From Lepidodermella squamata (taxonomy: Eukaryota > Animalia > Gastrotricha), in the NCBI GenBank assembly GCA_047495785.1, contig JBLDXI010000029.1, forward strand, positions 1,612,001-1,676,000: a DNA stretch of 64,000 nt, in the 5' to 3' direction. The notes beneath the pieces are model-generated. The model ran no database searches, was not told where the DNA came from, and saw only the letters and a list, made by a program, of their open reading frames with translations. A program made the position numbers and the translations under genes. This document shows positions 12,578-26,148 of the stretch, in pieces (position 1 is the stretch's first letter; each line of letters opens with the position of its first letter).

Positions 12578-15500
12578 CTAAAGGCATACGCTATGAGCGC
12601 CCTTTTCCGTCAGATACTTAACAACATCAGTATAACGGAGACGTTCAGCAAATATTAGCGGTGAATCGCCATCAGTATCGCAAAGGTTGACCTCGGCTCC
12701 ACTATCAACCAGCAATTGGACCTTATTGAGGAAACCATGCGATGCCGCCTGAATTAGCGGAGTGCGTTTCTTGTCCCTGTCAAAGGCTTGGCCGTTGACG
12801 TAAGCGCGACGATTAATCAGGAAGCGCGTCGTATCCAAGTCAGCTCTAACAACAGATACATCCAAAGGCCGGGAGCCATATCTTCCCTCCTGAGCATTCA
12901 CATCAGCTCCGTGATCGATCAACAGTTTTATAATGTCCAGAGACGCTCGGTTGAGCACGGCGCGATGCAAAACTGTGCCGTTTACTACGGGCCATTTATC
13001 GAACGAACGCCGATCGCGCCAATCCAAGTCAATATGTCCGCTATCCAGCAAACTTGAAACACGAGCCAAGTCGTTTTTCGCAGCAGCGTCACTCAGCTCT
13101 ATGTGCATGTTTTCCAACTCGGCGGGTGATATGGGAGGTGTCAGCAGGCCATTCAGCACGCTTCTCGACGCAGCTGGAGCCAACGGTAATGCTTCCTTGG
13201 CGCCTTGGCGATCAGCACCACGATCCAGGAGCAGCTGAACAATTTCTGGATGGCCGCTCTCTACTGCAATAGCTAGCGGTGTCTTATTCGCCCTGTTCCG
13301 AGCATTGATGTTTCTTGCATGTTGAAGGAGTAGTCTTGTGACTTCAACATTCCCGTGTTTGCATGCCAGGTGTATCGCGGTGTTGCCGCTGCCATCATCA
13401 GCAGTATCAACCTTAGCGCCACTTGCGAGCAGAAGCTGCACGAGTTCGATTTTATGAGTCGTTATAGCTTTTCTCAGCATCGAATTGAGTTCAACCTGAA
13501 ACAATTGTTTAACACAGTCTTCTTGTGATTGCATAATATTAATGTATAGGGTATAGGGAAGAATTTTTATTTGGCAAATACCATAAGCTGGTCTTATTTC
13601 GGACGGGGTAAATTCGGACACATTTGACTTTAAACTTAAATTTCTCCTCAACTCTCGCGAATATAGAGATCGTTCAAAGCACAGAAGATAGTCCTGAGTC
13701 TTGTCTATGAAATGAAACCTCAAAAACGCAGAAGTATGCGAAGAATGGTCTAACTTCTTCGCAGTCATGTCCCACGACCCAAAATAACTAACTTTTCACC
13801 AAGTAGGTATTTGTTGCTGGAGAGAAGCGGAAAATATAGAGCACCATCGATTTAGTGATGCTGTTATGTTCAAACCAATTTCACACAAATGCTTTGATCA
13901 GGAAATGCTTTAGAAAACAAGTTTTGCCCCGGCTAAATTCGGACAGCTTCAAACTACGGAAAATTAAAAAAAGATGCCAATTGGCCTCGACATTTTTTTA
14001 AATCCATATCTTAGTGAGAACAGCACTAAGCTGCGTTGGGAGCACAATTCACTATCATGCATTTTGTTTATATTTAGGTTTTTTCTTTGAATCTGGCTCA
14101 CAAATTTTGTCTCTTTAATGTGAACTTTGACCCCAATCTAAATATTCATACTAAGCTGTCCGAAATTACCCCAGTTGTGTCCGAAATCAGCCGAGTCAGT
14201 TACCTGTGAATACCAGTGCAGTTAAGGCGTATTTTTACCGCGATTACCTCTAGAATATGCAGTTTTTCAAGGCGCATATGTTGGCGTAAATCACGTAAAA
14301 AAAAGTTGTTCACCTCGAAAAAAGAAGCCCGAAAAATCAGTTTTGCCCGAAATAACACCAGCTTACGGTAAGTGAAAATCAGTTGCGTAATTTTGCGAAT
14401 TTTGGTTCAAGTCGGGTAAATTTTACTATTTAATTTGTTGGCATCGTGGCTTTCTAGATTTATGACGCTTCGGGCCAACTAAGTAATACCGAATAGATTA
14501 TCTCCATTATCTAGGCCTAGTTGAATCCAATTAGGCTCGTGGCAGGTTCGTGCTAACCTGCTTAACCTCCTACCAAATCATGGATCATATCAAGTCTTTA
14601 TTACGAGCTCCAATTCCTAGAAAATTATTTTACGCCTACTAGCTGTTATCTGCTATTAAATTTGAAAAAAGAATAACGATATTTTCAGCGCTAATCAATA
14701 ACCAACGAAAAGATATGTAGAAGTAGAAGGTAACATTATTGTATACATTTTGCAGTAATGCAATGAAATTCGCCGATATCAGTTTTAACTCTAATTATGC
14801 TAGATTTCGAGTCATATCGCATAAATGTTCAATTCTACTGACCTTTGGCAAGAGTTGATCCATTATAGCCTTGTTGTTGTAGTTGTTGTTTTGCTCTGCT
14901 AGCTGGAACGCTTCCTCAAATGAGTCAGCCTTCAAGCCAGTCATGTCACTTTTCAACAGCAGAGAAGCGATGTCCGTCGAATTGCGACCAATAACGCGCA
15001 GAAGAGTAGCTTCGTCGACTTTTGCTTTAGCGGCTAGCAACACCCGAACAGCGGGGCTGTAATTGCTTTCAACAGCGTAGTACAACACCGAATGGCCATC
15101 TTTATCCCGAGCTGAAACATCTGCGCTTCGATCGATCAGTAGCATCATATTCCCGACGAGACCGGCTCTGGCTGCCGACATCAAAGCAGTTTCCTTGCTC
15201 TGGCTGTTTTTGAAATCGACCTCGGCGCAACGGCTCAGGAGCAGCTTGACAACATCTGAGTTCTTCCGCTCGGCCGCAAGTTGCAAGGCGCTGGACGACG
15301 ATTTCTTATCGATTGCGTTCGGACTCGCGCCATTGTCAAGAATCGATCTAACTAGTGGCAGAGGCGCGTTCAACTCGATTGCCTCTATTAAAGTCCTATC
15401 CAAGCTGTCGATTTCAACTTCATCGCTGTCAAGACGTTGACGAATTTCTGATAGCTTCCCTTCTCTTGAATAACTTGGTTCGCCATAGTTCTAGAAAATA

Positions 15501-15668
15501 CGAAGTCTAAATTTTATACTTTGAGTATATTTCTTGCTAACTCACGTTTGTATTCGTATTGGCTTGTTGGGATAGAATAGGCAGATAGGATTCACCGTAA
15601 CTCGAACACAAGCAAGCTTGCGATGATAAGGTTAAGATGCAAATGCATAACAACGATCGAAAACGCAT
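12578..15668 (-). CDS. Ankyrin gene B: signal peptide + ankyrin repeats; paralogue of the C-terminal block of gene A; exons 15668-15547, 15490-~14843, 13496-12578
   Basis: Exon 1 MRFRSLLCICILTLSSQACLCSS is a signal peptide, with phase-0 GT-AG joins. Exons 2 and 3 align with gene A exons at 8311 and ~7489 (e.g. GNTAIHLACK, NGTVLHRAVLNRASLDIIKLL). Confidence 0.8.
13581..14368. mobile_element. Non-autonomous TIR element (Tc1/mariner-pogo-like, TA flanks) in intron 2 of ankyrin gene B
   Basis: TA|CCATAAGCTGGTCTTATTTCGGAC ... GCCCGAAATAACACCAGCTTACGG|TA; internal repeats of AAATTCGGACA / TGTCCGAAAT. Confidence 0.8.
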
Positions 15669-16762
15669 AATTTTCCAGTGTTGATGATTTATTTGAAATG
15701 TGAAACAAGGTTTGTGGCTGAGGTGATGCGTCATTCTTGTATCCCATTGCTGTTTCAGTCAACATTTGGGCCATAGTACGTAACTCAACATGCTACTCAA
15801 TTGCACCTTGTTGCACCTTGCTGCAAACATTAACGCATAATTGTGCTAATTTAAATTGGCTTGGTAATGAGTCGAGACTTCAGCTGAATGATATTATTAA
15901 TCGCAAAATGCATTTTTGGCTGTTTTTTTATGTATAGCTTTTGAAATTTTACCTAATAAAAAATTCAGACAACGATGAGATTCAACAAATTCATTTCGAA
16001 TTAGGAATTAATTTTATTATCAATTTATTAAGCAATTTTCATTTATTTTCAGGAGGAACCTGAATGAGCAGATGAAACGATGTAGCCGACAATTTTTACT
16101 GCTACTTGACCTAATTCTTTTGTTAAAAGATAACCACCGGCAACGTGTATTATCGCTATGGCCATTTCGAATATGATTCAATCTGCAATCAATCAATTTC
16201 GTAAGCAGAGGCTCTAAAATCCAATATCCAAAGCTACACACTGCAAGTTGGCAGTCAATTTCCTGGAAGCCCTAGCCTAAAACAGTTATTAAAGCATAAA
16301 ATAAAAAATATTTTATTGATTTCCTATAACGATTTTAATTGTTCAAGTTTATCGGCTATGAATGCGGCTTCGATTTATTTTATTTTACAAAGCCGTAAAA
16401 ACTTGGAAATCACAGCTTTTCATTCGTTATCTCGCCGATTTCGTTTGGAGTGTCTGAAAACAAATTGATAAATAAAAAACCGGACTTGAAAAGCTCCGCG
16501 CGCTGATAGAAATAACGACGAAGCCCTCTGATTAGGGCTAATTTGCTTTCAGCCGCGCGCTATACTTACCCGTAATAATCCATAATGAGAAGATCGCACC
16601 TAAAAAAACGGAAAAAAAAGAAAAAAACGCGCAAGTTTTCACGCACATGCATTCAATTTAAAATAATCAGCGAGGCGAATTCAATATTACAAAAGAAGCA
16701 GCTGGTGGCTTGTTTTTTTCAAATATGGTTAGCTGACCCTATTGTTATAATAATTTGTTTTC

Positions 16763-18716
16763 ATGTTCCTATTTATCACCCCTAAGGCGTCTCTACTAGC
16801 CGAGTCGACTCTTAATTTACTCGTGAATCAGAAGCAACAACAGCAAAATAGCGAAGAAATCCCGTCGATAGCCGCCGGCATAGCTTCGATGGCTCGTTTC
16901 ACGGACGCCGATATGTTTCCTAATTCTTACGACGGTGACGACGAGGAGGAGGACTGGATTGAAGACGAGTCGCCTAAAACTGCGAAAACAGAGTTGAAAG
17001 CGCCTGGTGATTTAGCGAGTCAAATGCTGGCATTGACGCCGGTTGGTCGGCGGCGAACTCTGCGAAAAAAGCCGCTGACAAGTGCGATAAGTACGACATT
17101 TTCGCTAGCTGATACTCTATCGCTGGATTCTAGCAATTTTTCATCAATGGCGCCGATAGTTGTCGGCGGCAAAAAATGGACATGCCGGTATGGTTCGTTT
17201 TATAAAAAATTTCTCGAGAAAAATAAACCAAGATCAGGATATTAATTTATCAATGGCGGCAAGAACATCGCTAAGCATCGAGTGCCCGGACAGTGCACAA
17301 TTTTGATATTAATATTGAGGCCCACACATCTTATACAGTGCATAAAGTTTTATTAACCTGGAGAAAAGTCTCGTGCTTAATTGCCACGTGCGCGACTCAG
17401 TTTCTTTTTTAATCGTTTATGGGATAAATCAGCTTTTCGATGATCAATGTATTTAGGTACTTGTTTTAGTTTATTTGCAATATCTGAATCGAATTTTTGT
17501 TTGAAAGGCCATTTTTGGGGTAAAAATAAAAAAAAATGCGGGTCTCAATAGCCGATTTTTTGGAATTACGAATTTGTTTGGATCCTCCCCATAACTGTTT
17601 ATTTCAACTTCCCAGTAAATTCAGGTGTGCATTTTTCAATATTTTCCTCCAATACTGATCGAAGACTCAATCGGAAAAATCGCTGATTTGTGAAACCGAT
17701 TCTAATTTTTGATATCGGCTCAGCTCACTCTAGTATATTGTGACCCTTGACCCCTAATAGAGCATTAATTTAACCTGAATTTGGACGAGCCTTAATTTTT
17801 CAATATTTGTTTGATTTGTTTGAATTATTTTGAATATTTGAATTAGTTCATATTAATCATATTTTTTAATTTCGAGTGAAAGTTTTGAAAAAATCATAAC
17901 TTTCGTATTTTCAGATTGTCGATTTCGTCGATGCTGCCAGGCGACGCGAGCCTGCTTGTCCTTCGCGAGACCTTTGAAATAATCAAGCGAAATGCCGATT
18001 CTGTCTCAATTCAAGCCATGCGAGCCCTGTTACAGCGCCTGCCATCGGCCGCCGAAAAATTCGCTAAAGCTGGCAAGATAAAATACATTGACGACGATTG
18101 TAAGTTTCTAGAAAAACACAACTTCAATTTTAGACACCCGATTTTTTCAATTTCAATTTTTCAAAATTGATTTGAAATTGAAAAATTAAAAAACTTGTAT
18201 TAGAAAATTTTGGAATTTAATTTTAAATTTAATTTTAAAATTTCTAACTTCAACTTCAAAATTTAATTTCTTATTTTATGTTTTCAAATTTTTTTATCAT
18301 TTTTAGGGGAGCTTATTAATCACGGGCGTGCGTTTCTCGGCGCTATTGAGAAGTGTATATCCCGAGCTAAAGACGTCAAAGCCCTGAAAAACTACCTATC
18401 AAACCTCGGCCAAATGCATAGCCGAGCCGGTGTTAGATCGACGGAAATACCCGTTGCGCTTCACTTCTTCGAGTCAGCCATACTCGCGTATCTACGACCC
18501 TTTCACCTTCACCAAGAACCGAGCGATAACCCGAGCGGTAAAGTACCTACTATCAGCACTTCCTCAGTTCCGAACGGGCCTAGGTACTCGGATGAAACGG
18601 GCGTTCCGAGCGAGAATCTGGAATATCAAAACCGGTCGTCTTGTTTCGTATGCACAACTTGGCGAAACTTTTTCGATCTCATCAACATTTTACTTGTCAC
18701 TGATATTAAGGAGTGA
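16763..18716 (+). CDS. Globin G1 (long acidic/Ser-rich N-extension; E7 His, F8 His; HxH...CxxC); start uncertain
   Basis: Spliced (introns ~17188-17914 and ~18099-18307): LLVLRETFEIIKRNADSVSIQAMRALLQRLPSAAEKF...WELINHGRAFLGAIEKCISRAKDVKALKNYLSNLGQMHSRAGV...FFESAILAYLRPFHLH...CFVCTTWRNFFDLI. The A-H helix pattern of a 3/3 globin is recognisable. Confidence 0.85.
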
Positions 18717-19336
18717 AAAAGTCTTTAAATAAATAAACCCGGTGCAGTAATTGTTTTGGGCGATGAATAATCGAATTGTATGCGCGTCATTGGGTTGAGA
18801 TTTCGATCCCGCTTATAGGTTTATTTTTTGTCTCGGAATTATTGATGCCTAGATTCTACTGATTGGATATAAGCCTTAATGAGCGGCCGCAATCGCCTTC
18901 CTTGCGTAAATTTTACGCTTTGATATCTGCAAAATATTAAATTATCACGATCTAAAATAGCGTTGCAATATGAAATTTGACCTGCATGAAAAGATCACGC
19001 GCATAAAGACGCGACAGTAAATCAATGCCGCCAGAAAGGACAAAAGCTTGTTTCTCGCATATGAAAATTATATAACGATGATGTATTTTTCCTGTTTTGA
19101 AAGCTCGATGCTATAATAAAAATCATCGATGCTATTTTTGACGCCCACAAATTGGACTTCGTAATTGTTGTCCCCCCCGGATTTTTGAACCCCTGGATTG
19201 AAACATTTCCCTTGAATTCCACGATCATTTTCTGTTTATTAGCCAACTGAAATAGGCATTTTCGGTTTTTCGGTTCTCGTTAGATTCTGGGAAATTGTAA
19301 TCATATTAGAATTTTAACATTTTGAAAGATTTATAG

Positions 19337-20733
19337 ATGAACGGAATGAGAGCCTCGCTGACCGTTTCCGATGTGCTGAATCGGCACCACATTGGCCGGG
19401 GGAATCATCAATTCTGCTTATCCGATGAGGACATTAAAATGCTCCGCGAATCATTCGAAAAAATCAAACCACATGCAAGTGAAATAGGAACTCGAGCTTT
19501 ACAACAGTTAGTCATTTGCATAATAATATTTTCGAATTTACTTGAATATTTAGGAGGAAATTTTTCCTAAAAATTTAGCCAGTCAAAATTTTTTTGAGGA
19601 ATTTTCCGAATTTTGACATTATTCCTTATATTTGCCTGTTCAGCTCATTGTTAATCATCAAAGTTCTCAATTTCCATGTTCTCTTAAGAATTTTAAATAT
19701 TTATCATTTTTCGACCGTTTGAATCTTTGATTTTTCCGATATTTCGAGACTCAAAAGATTTAGAACGCTGAATCGACCTAAAAACAAAAAAAACTAGATT
19801 GAAACGCTTTCTGAAGTTTCATGTCTCTCAATGAATCAAATGTTTTTTAATTTTTTCTCAATTATTTTAATTTTTTTTATTTTACTCCTTATTCCTATCC
19901 GATGACCGATATCGGCCGATATCGATTTCCCATCTCGATCAAAAATCAAAAATCAAGATAAATTTAAAAAAAATTAAAAAATTAAAATTAAAATTCTATT
20001 GCAATGGATCAAGAGAGACAACAGTTTAAAATCAACAAAAGTCGGTTGTCGCGATATTGCCTATTTACCTTGAAAAAAATCCAATTGAAATCTAATTTAT
20101 GCGAATTTGTAATTTTTTTAAATTTTCAGAATAATCGAGCGAAGTCCGGCGACCTTGGAAATATTTCAAAACGGCCCAAATCGTCGCATCAAAACCGCCG
20201 ATGCTTGGGAGCTGCAGGGCGTTGGCGTGACCATTCTATCAAGCATAGAACGCTGCGTCCTCCGGCTACAACAGCCAATCAAACTCGAAGAGTACATCCG
20301 GCAAATCGTCGATCTTCACGCGCGAGTGTTCAAAGTCAACGTCGACGAGCTAACATTCGGCCTCGACGTGTTTCAAAGCGTAATTCTCGAATTTCTCGAC
20401 GTTCAACATGGCCACCAAAAAGATGACAGCCTGCTGAGCTCGCCCAGCAGTGAATTAACCGTACCAAGTCCCGTACTGTACGACCGGCCGATAACGATGA
20501 GCTTAACGCCAACGCTGCAGCCTAAAAATAGCTCGAGGAGTAGGAGGCCGTCGCGCCGAGCTTCCGCTTTCGACGTGGAATTGGAGATGTTGCAGGTCAG
20601 TAGGAAGCGCAGCAGTGAAGCGTGTCGAATCTGTTCGCTGTGGAAGCACTTTTTCCAGGCCATTTCGAACCACATGCAGCAATGCGCAATGGCTATAAAG
20701 GACGATAATAACACGGCTGTTAACTCTCATTAA
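19337..20733 (+). CDS. Globin G2 (E7 Val, F8 His; HGH...CRIC with ~69-aa GH insert)
   Basis: LSDEDIKMLRESFEKIKPHASEIGTRALQ | phase-2 intron ~19507-20129 | IIERSPATLEIF...WELQGVGVTILSSIERCV...YIRQIVDLHARVFKV...CRICSLWKHFF. Confidence 0.85.
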
Positions 20734-20742
20734 GCACCAAGT

Positions 20743-20965
20743 TACCGTAACGAGGGGTCAACTTACAACCTAATAATCAGGGGCTAAAGCTGCACGAAAA
20801 GATGCGTTTTAAATTGCTAAAAAATCTGGAAAAAATGCGAAAAATTCCAAATTTTACAGGAAATCAGGAATCACCTTGCTAGGACTAAGGTTGAAATTTC
20901 GGACTTTTTCGAGTGATTGCTGATTTTTAAACAGGTTTCGTCCGAAGTTACCCCTCGTTACGGTG
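20743..20965. mobile_element. MITE immediately 3' of the G2 stop codon
   Basis: Inverted termini ACCGTAACGAGGGGTCAACTT / AAGTTACCCCTCGTTACGGT. Confidence 0.7.
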
Positions 20966-21249
20966 ATTGAAGAAAATATTAAAAAATTATCAATTTCACA
21001 AGCACGTGACCTAGTTGAGTTAATAAACGAATTTAGGATTACATTGAGCGCGTTGTTTAATTAACTTGGTTTTTCCCACGATATATTCTGTTATTTTTAG
21101 TAAATCTCTCCTGTGTGCGGCCGATAATTGATATTATTGCTGTGATTATTGAAGCCGCACGTGATGCGAAAAATCCGGCGCAGGGTTTATTTGGATTCAT
21201 GCCTACACTTTTGAGACAGTTTTTTTCGATTATATTCTTCGATTTTTTA

Positions 21250-22163
21250 ATGGGTGCTGGATGCTCTTTGCCGGCGCTAGTTGTGCGGCAGGTGACGTGG
21301 CGCCGCCACCCTGACCCATTTTTCAGCGTTAATGAAATATGGCTTTTACGCAGCAGTTATATTTTGATTAAACGAGATAGCGGCAATCAACGGTTTGGAT
21401 TCGATCGCGAAAAATTATTCAAACTATTTATTCGTAATTTTACAGAATTATCGATGAAATTCCCGGAGCTATGGCTGTTATCCTCGGCAAAACTTATCAG
21501 CCTGGCTCGAAAGAGGTTTGGGAAATTGAGTTAATGGCTCAAGGTAAATTTTGCAATACCTCAATTTTCGTTCATTTTAACTGTTAAAATTTTTCCAAAT
21601 TTTAAAAATTTTTGTTCGACTGAAAACTTTGCGCTAAATTTCGAAATTTTAATTTTAATTTTTTTAAATTTTCCTATATTTATACAGTAATTATTTTTTG
21701 CTTTTGATCGATTTTTACTGCTCCAAAATATCTGAATTTCATTTTTATCATGAATTTTTTTAATTATTTCAAAAATACAGGATTGATATTTCTGAGCGGA
21801 ATCGAAAGAGCCTTGCTCTTAGTCGACGAGCCCTATTTACTGACGGCATTCGTCCATCAATTGGTTCGCAATCACTCTAAACGATTCAAAATTCCTATCG
21901 ACATGCTAAAAATTGCCTTGGAGACTTTCCGAACAGCTGTCATGGTCTACCTGCAAACAAAACACCACATCCACTATGCGGATAGTGCAAATTTCGTCGA
22001 GAAATTAACCGAAAAATTAGAATCGCAAGAAATTGATTACTTCAGTGAAAAAACGTGCAAAATATGCGCGGCTTGGAGGCATTTTCTAGACACCCTGATC
22101 GGCCTAATTGTTACTAGGCTATTAACCAAATGCAAGCTGCCCTATTGTTGCGATGATTCATAA
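21250..22163 (+). CDS. Globin G3 (MGAGCS N-terminus; E7 Gln, F8 His; HxH...CKIC; apparently shortened B helix)
   Basis: MGAGCS...FSVNEIWLLRSSYILIKRDSGNQR | IIDEIPGAMAVI...ELMAQG | LIFLSGIERAL...FVHQLVRNHSKRFKI...KHHIH...CKICAAWRHFL; introns ~21392-21445 and ~21544-21780. Confidence 0.8.
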
Positions 22164-23242
22164 TAAAATATTATCCCATCAAACCGCATTTTTTCTCATC
22201 TCACAGCGTGAATAAAATGTTCACGTATTCATACTTGTTCTCATTGTATAATAGATTTTTTGTTGAGTGGTACAAAGTGATTTTTCCACGCCGAAATGTA
22301 TAAACAAATGAGATGAAACCGTTGCATCCGTGTTTTTTGCCCTCAGCAGATAACGTTATTATTTTCATAGTACATCCAGCGTATCCAGGTATACATAGAT
22401 GGAAATACCATCGCCTACCTATATTTTTCGAAAAATTTGATTTTTTTTACTACTTTTTCGAAATTTTCAGCCCAGACGTAGGATGCGAGTTTTCGCGTTG
22501 GCGTTTACGCTAAAAATCAGGCGAGATTTTCTTTTTGTCTACGATAATGACATTACAGGGCGTAAATAGGGCGTAACTCTGTCGCACGAGGTTCGATTTT
22601 TGTGCCGCCGGCCGGGATTTTCGAAAAATAAAATTAACGCTATAAAATCCACACTCGAGCCGCTCGAGTTTAATATAATTTACGCGCAATCTATCGCATT
22701 TTTTACAATAAAAAAATTGTGACTTTTCAATTTTACCACAGGCATATGTCCCAATCATTTTATAGTCCTTTTTCAGGCCTGGACAGAATAACATGTCCAT
22801 GCTTTTCATGATTCTTCATCTATCCCTCGGGGCATGAAATGATCGCTGTATTTTTTTCAAAAATTCTCGTTTTGTTTTAAAATTAATGCAAAATTTACTC
22901 TCTTGCTCTACTAGTGTGGCTGGCGTTTATTTTAGAGTCTCATCTGATGAAACGAACACTAGCGGCGCCTATTCAGAGATCGTCACTTTGCATTTTTTCC
23001 TTCCTCGCGCGCGCATCAATTTAGCGCCGCCGTTTATAGCCCAGATCCAGGCAATATTATAAGAGATACGAGTTCGCAATCATGATGATTTTTTCCCCGC
23101 TGCAATCAGTCTCTTAGGACTTTATAAAAATTCAGCCGCAATTTTTAGCCAATCAGCATATAAGTCTAGACTTTCATTTATCTATTGATGTATAGATTTC
23201 GTGGGGAATTTCTTAATGCTGAATGCTGAATGCTGAAATTCG

Positions 23243-24701
23243 ATGGGTAATTCTGCCAGAAAACCTGTTGAAGAAAACGGCTCCGCTGGCGGTGGAGATG
23301 TGAAGCAGAAAATGGCCTTATCGCTTCAACTCAGCGAAGCAAGTGCGAAGTCAATAGCTGCTGCCTCAACCTTTGAATGGTCTCAAGAGGAACTCAATAC
23401 GTTAGCCGATAGTTTCGCCTATGTTAAACAGAACTGCCACAAGGTTGCGCTCAAGGCCGTTATCAGGTAAAATTCGCGTTTTTCTAGTTTTTTCTTTGGA
23501 TTTTTTGGGTTAATTTTTTATATAGGATGGTTGATACAATGCCTGACACGGCTGGTGCGTTGGAAATCGGCACCAAAAATACTGGCGAGTCATTTGGGCT
23601 GATGAATCAAGGCCTCATTTTCCTTACAGGTAAGGTATTCTAGAAACAAGAAAGCTCCTGCAGCGTATTACCCATTTACAGTCAATGAACAGCGTTTTTT
23701 TTGACCAAAATTGCTGGAATTTTTAGGAGAGCGCTCTATTTCTTTAAAAATGAACGCATGAATTTTTTTAAAAATTTCTGATCTTAATTTATAAATATTA
23801 TTACAGATTTTAATTTTTTTCAATTCTGCTCTATACATTTTAAGAATTAAATTAATAAAAAATTCAAACATGTGAAATTTCAATTTTTTTTAAATTTTCA
23901 TGCTGTCCGCTAAGGTTGAAATTCCCCAATTTTGTTCCCCAAATTAACTGAAATCTAAGCGGAAGATTAGGAATAAATTTGCTATATTGCTGAAATCAAT
24001 GTATTCAATTGTTACTATGGTAGGATTGGAAAGCATAAAATCACACAACTTCAGTTTTCTTTATTCTTTTCGAATCAAAATTTGAATTTTACAATTTAGC
24101 AAGCATTTCATATTTAGCCTATCTAAAGCATTGCGCAATTGTCCTGAGCTAATATGTCGCGACGCAAAAAAAATATTTTTTCTAATTTTACGAATTGTTT
24201 TTATCTGGAATTGTTTATCACTCGGAAAAATTAGGCAGTTCAATTTTTTCAAAAATATTTTTGTTTTTCGTTCAAGGTATAGAAAAGTGCATCGAGCGGG
24301 CTAATGATCCTGCCAAACTGCGAGCTTATGCCAAGCATCTAAACTCGATACACAGTAAACAGCACCAGCTGAAGCTGCATCACATGGTCGGCGGGCTGAA
24401 GGCGTTCGAGGACGTCATTCTCGAGTGCATCCAAACCGGATACCAGCACAAACCGCCCCGCCGGCAAAGTTCGGCCATGACCATTCATTTGATGCAGCAA
24501 CACCCGTCTCAACGGCCGCGGCGGGTGAGCATAGTTGGCGAGCAACAGCCTTTGCAGTTACTCGGGGCCGAGCACGTGGCTATTTGTGCGATTTGCAAAG
24601 TTTGGATCAAGTTCTTCCACTTGTTATACGTGACTTTTGACCCTAAAAACGGATTGGTTAACAAGGAATTGATGGCTAATGCTGATTCAGCTCGATATTA
24701 A
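23243..24701 (+). CDS. Globin G4 (MGNS N-terminus; E7 Gln, F8 His; CAIC)
   Basis: WSQEELNTLADSFAYVKQNCHKVALKAVIR | MVDTMPDTAGAL...LMNQGLIFLTG | IEKCIERANDPAKLRAYAKHLNSIHSKQH...EHVAICAICKVWIKFF. Confidence 0.85.
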
Positions 24702-25133
24702 AATTAATTTTACACTCTACCCTCAACAATTCTTCTCCAATGACATTGTTCGAAAATAAAATGGGATTTATTCTCACTTACTCCTCATCATTTACTATTT
24801 TTGTTTCATTAGCCAACGAAGGCCTGTTTTCAAAAAAATTCTGAGATGTACCGAATTTTTTTTAATTTATTGAAGTTTTTTCAAAATTCGATTGGGAAAA
24901 TCTTACGCCGGTACCAGATTTCATTTAATTCAATACCTAAACATTAAAGACAGTATTCGAATTCTTCACCACCATCTATATTCCAACCAACGATAAATAA
25001 CCAATACTTAGGTATTATTAAGAAATATCACCTATACTGAAGTTAATTAATTCATATCTCTGTGTCTTAAAGGCAATGTTACTAAGAATTATGTAACGCA
25101 GACCACCAATAAATCGGTATCTCTCTCGTTATT

Positions 25134-25220
25134 CGGGTAAGGGTTAGGGTTAAGGTTAGGGCTGGGGTTGGGGTTGGAGTTGGGGTTAGGTTAAGGTTAG
25201 GTTAGGATTGAAGGCTGGGA
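25134..25220 (+). repeat. Degenerate telomere-like (TTAGGG/TTAGG/TTGGGG) tract; a second microsatellite (GGATATA/GGCTATA)n lies at ~25519-25561
   Basis: gggtaagggttagggttaaggttagggctggggttggggttggagttggggttaggttaaggttaggttagg. Confidence 0.7.
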
Positions 25221-26148
25221 CTTAATATTTGGGATTTGGAACTGATTGGAATAATTTGGTAATGATTTCACTAAATTCCAAATTAAATATTATATGAAAC
25301 TACAGAAAAATATATAAAATAAAGCGAAATTAAGGTTTAATAATCTTAATTAACATACTTATATTAAATCTGAGATCCGCGAAATTTGAGATTTTTAGTA
25401 GATTTTTGGGAAATTTTGAAGCTTCCCCATAGACCATAGACAAATCGGGAAATTTCCAGTTTTCTGCCGGGAAGGTCTGCGGATTCTACACTCGTGAATA
25501 AATCATTTCACTTCTGTCGGCTATAGGATATAGGATATAGGCTATAGGATAGGCGATAGGACATTCACTATCATGAATCATTGGTCGAGTCAGCTCAAAA
25601 AAAATCGAATTTCTCCATATTTATTTTGGTGAATTTTCAGCAGCAATAAACCATTCGAGGAATTTCAGCACTTCAGGTTCTAAGCATTTTTTCATATTTT
25701 TTTATACAAAAGTTGGATATACCCCTCCCTCTGCGCGACGAAGGAAAGTAATTTATACTAATTATAATGAAGTTAGGACCATTATACGAGACAAGTTATC
25801 TGCAAGTGTCTGAGGTTCAACGGAAATATGATGCTTGGCATGTGTACTCATTACCGGAAGTCTCATTCACAACAAACAAACACACTACTTTTCCGTCTAA
25901 TTCAAGGTTCCAAACCTCGAGCCCTGGTTCAAGACACGGATCGACATTTACGTTGCTCATTATTCTAAATTAATGTTGCGAACTTGCGTTGCCGCCTCGA
26001 AGCCGGGGGCGGGTGGGAAATCATGCGAGAGATCACGTTTTGAAAGGTGATCGCTCGAGTCAAAACACTGAGCATGAGCGAGAACCAAACACTTATCATA
26101 AGTTCGAGCTGTTTTACAAACATCTTATAGTTTCCTTCAGTCATTGGA

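Noticed and set aside
13497-13768. N-terminal 90 aa of ORF 12578..13768
   Set aside because: Read-through into an intron and a TIR element; the real exon begins at the acceptor at 13496.
18640-18660. CxxC as a cytochrome c heme-attachment motif
   Set aside because: No His follows CxxC in any paralogue (always CxxC-x2-W), and a separate F8 His is present.
25134-25220. True telomere or chromosome-fusion scar
   Set aside because: Short, degenerate and in a single orientation; more likely a microsatellite or TE-borne repeat.
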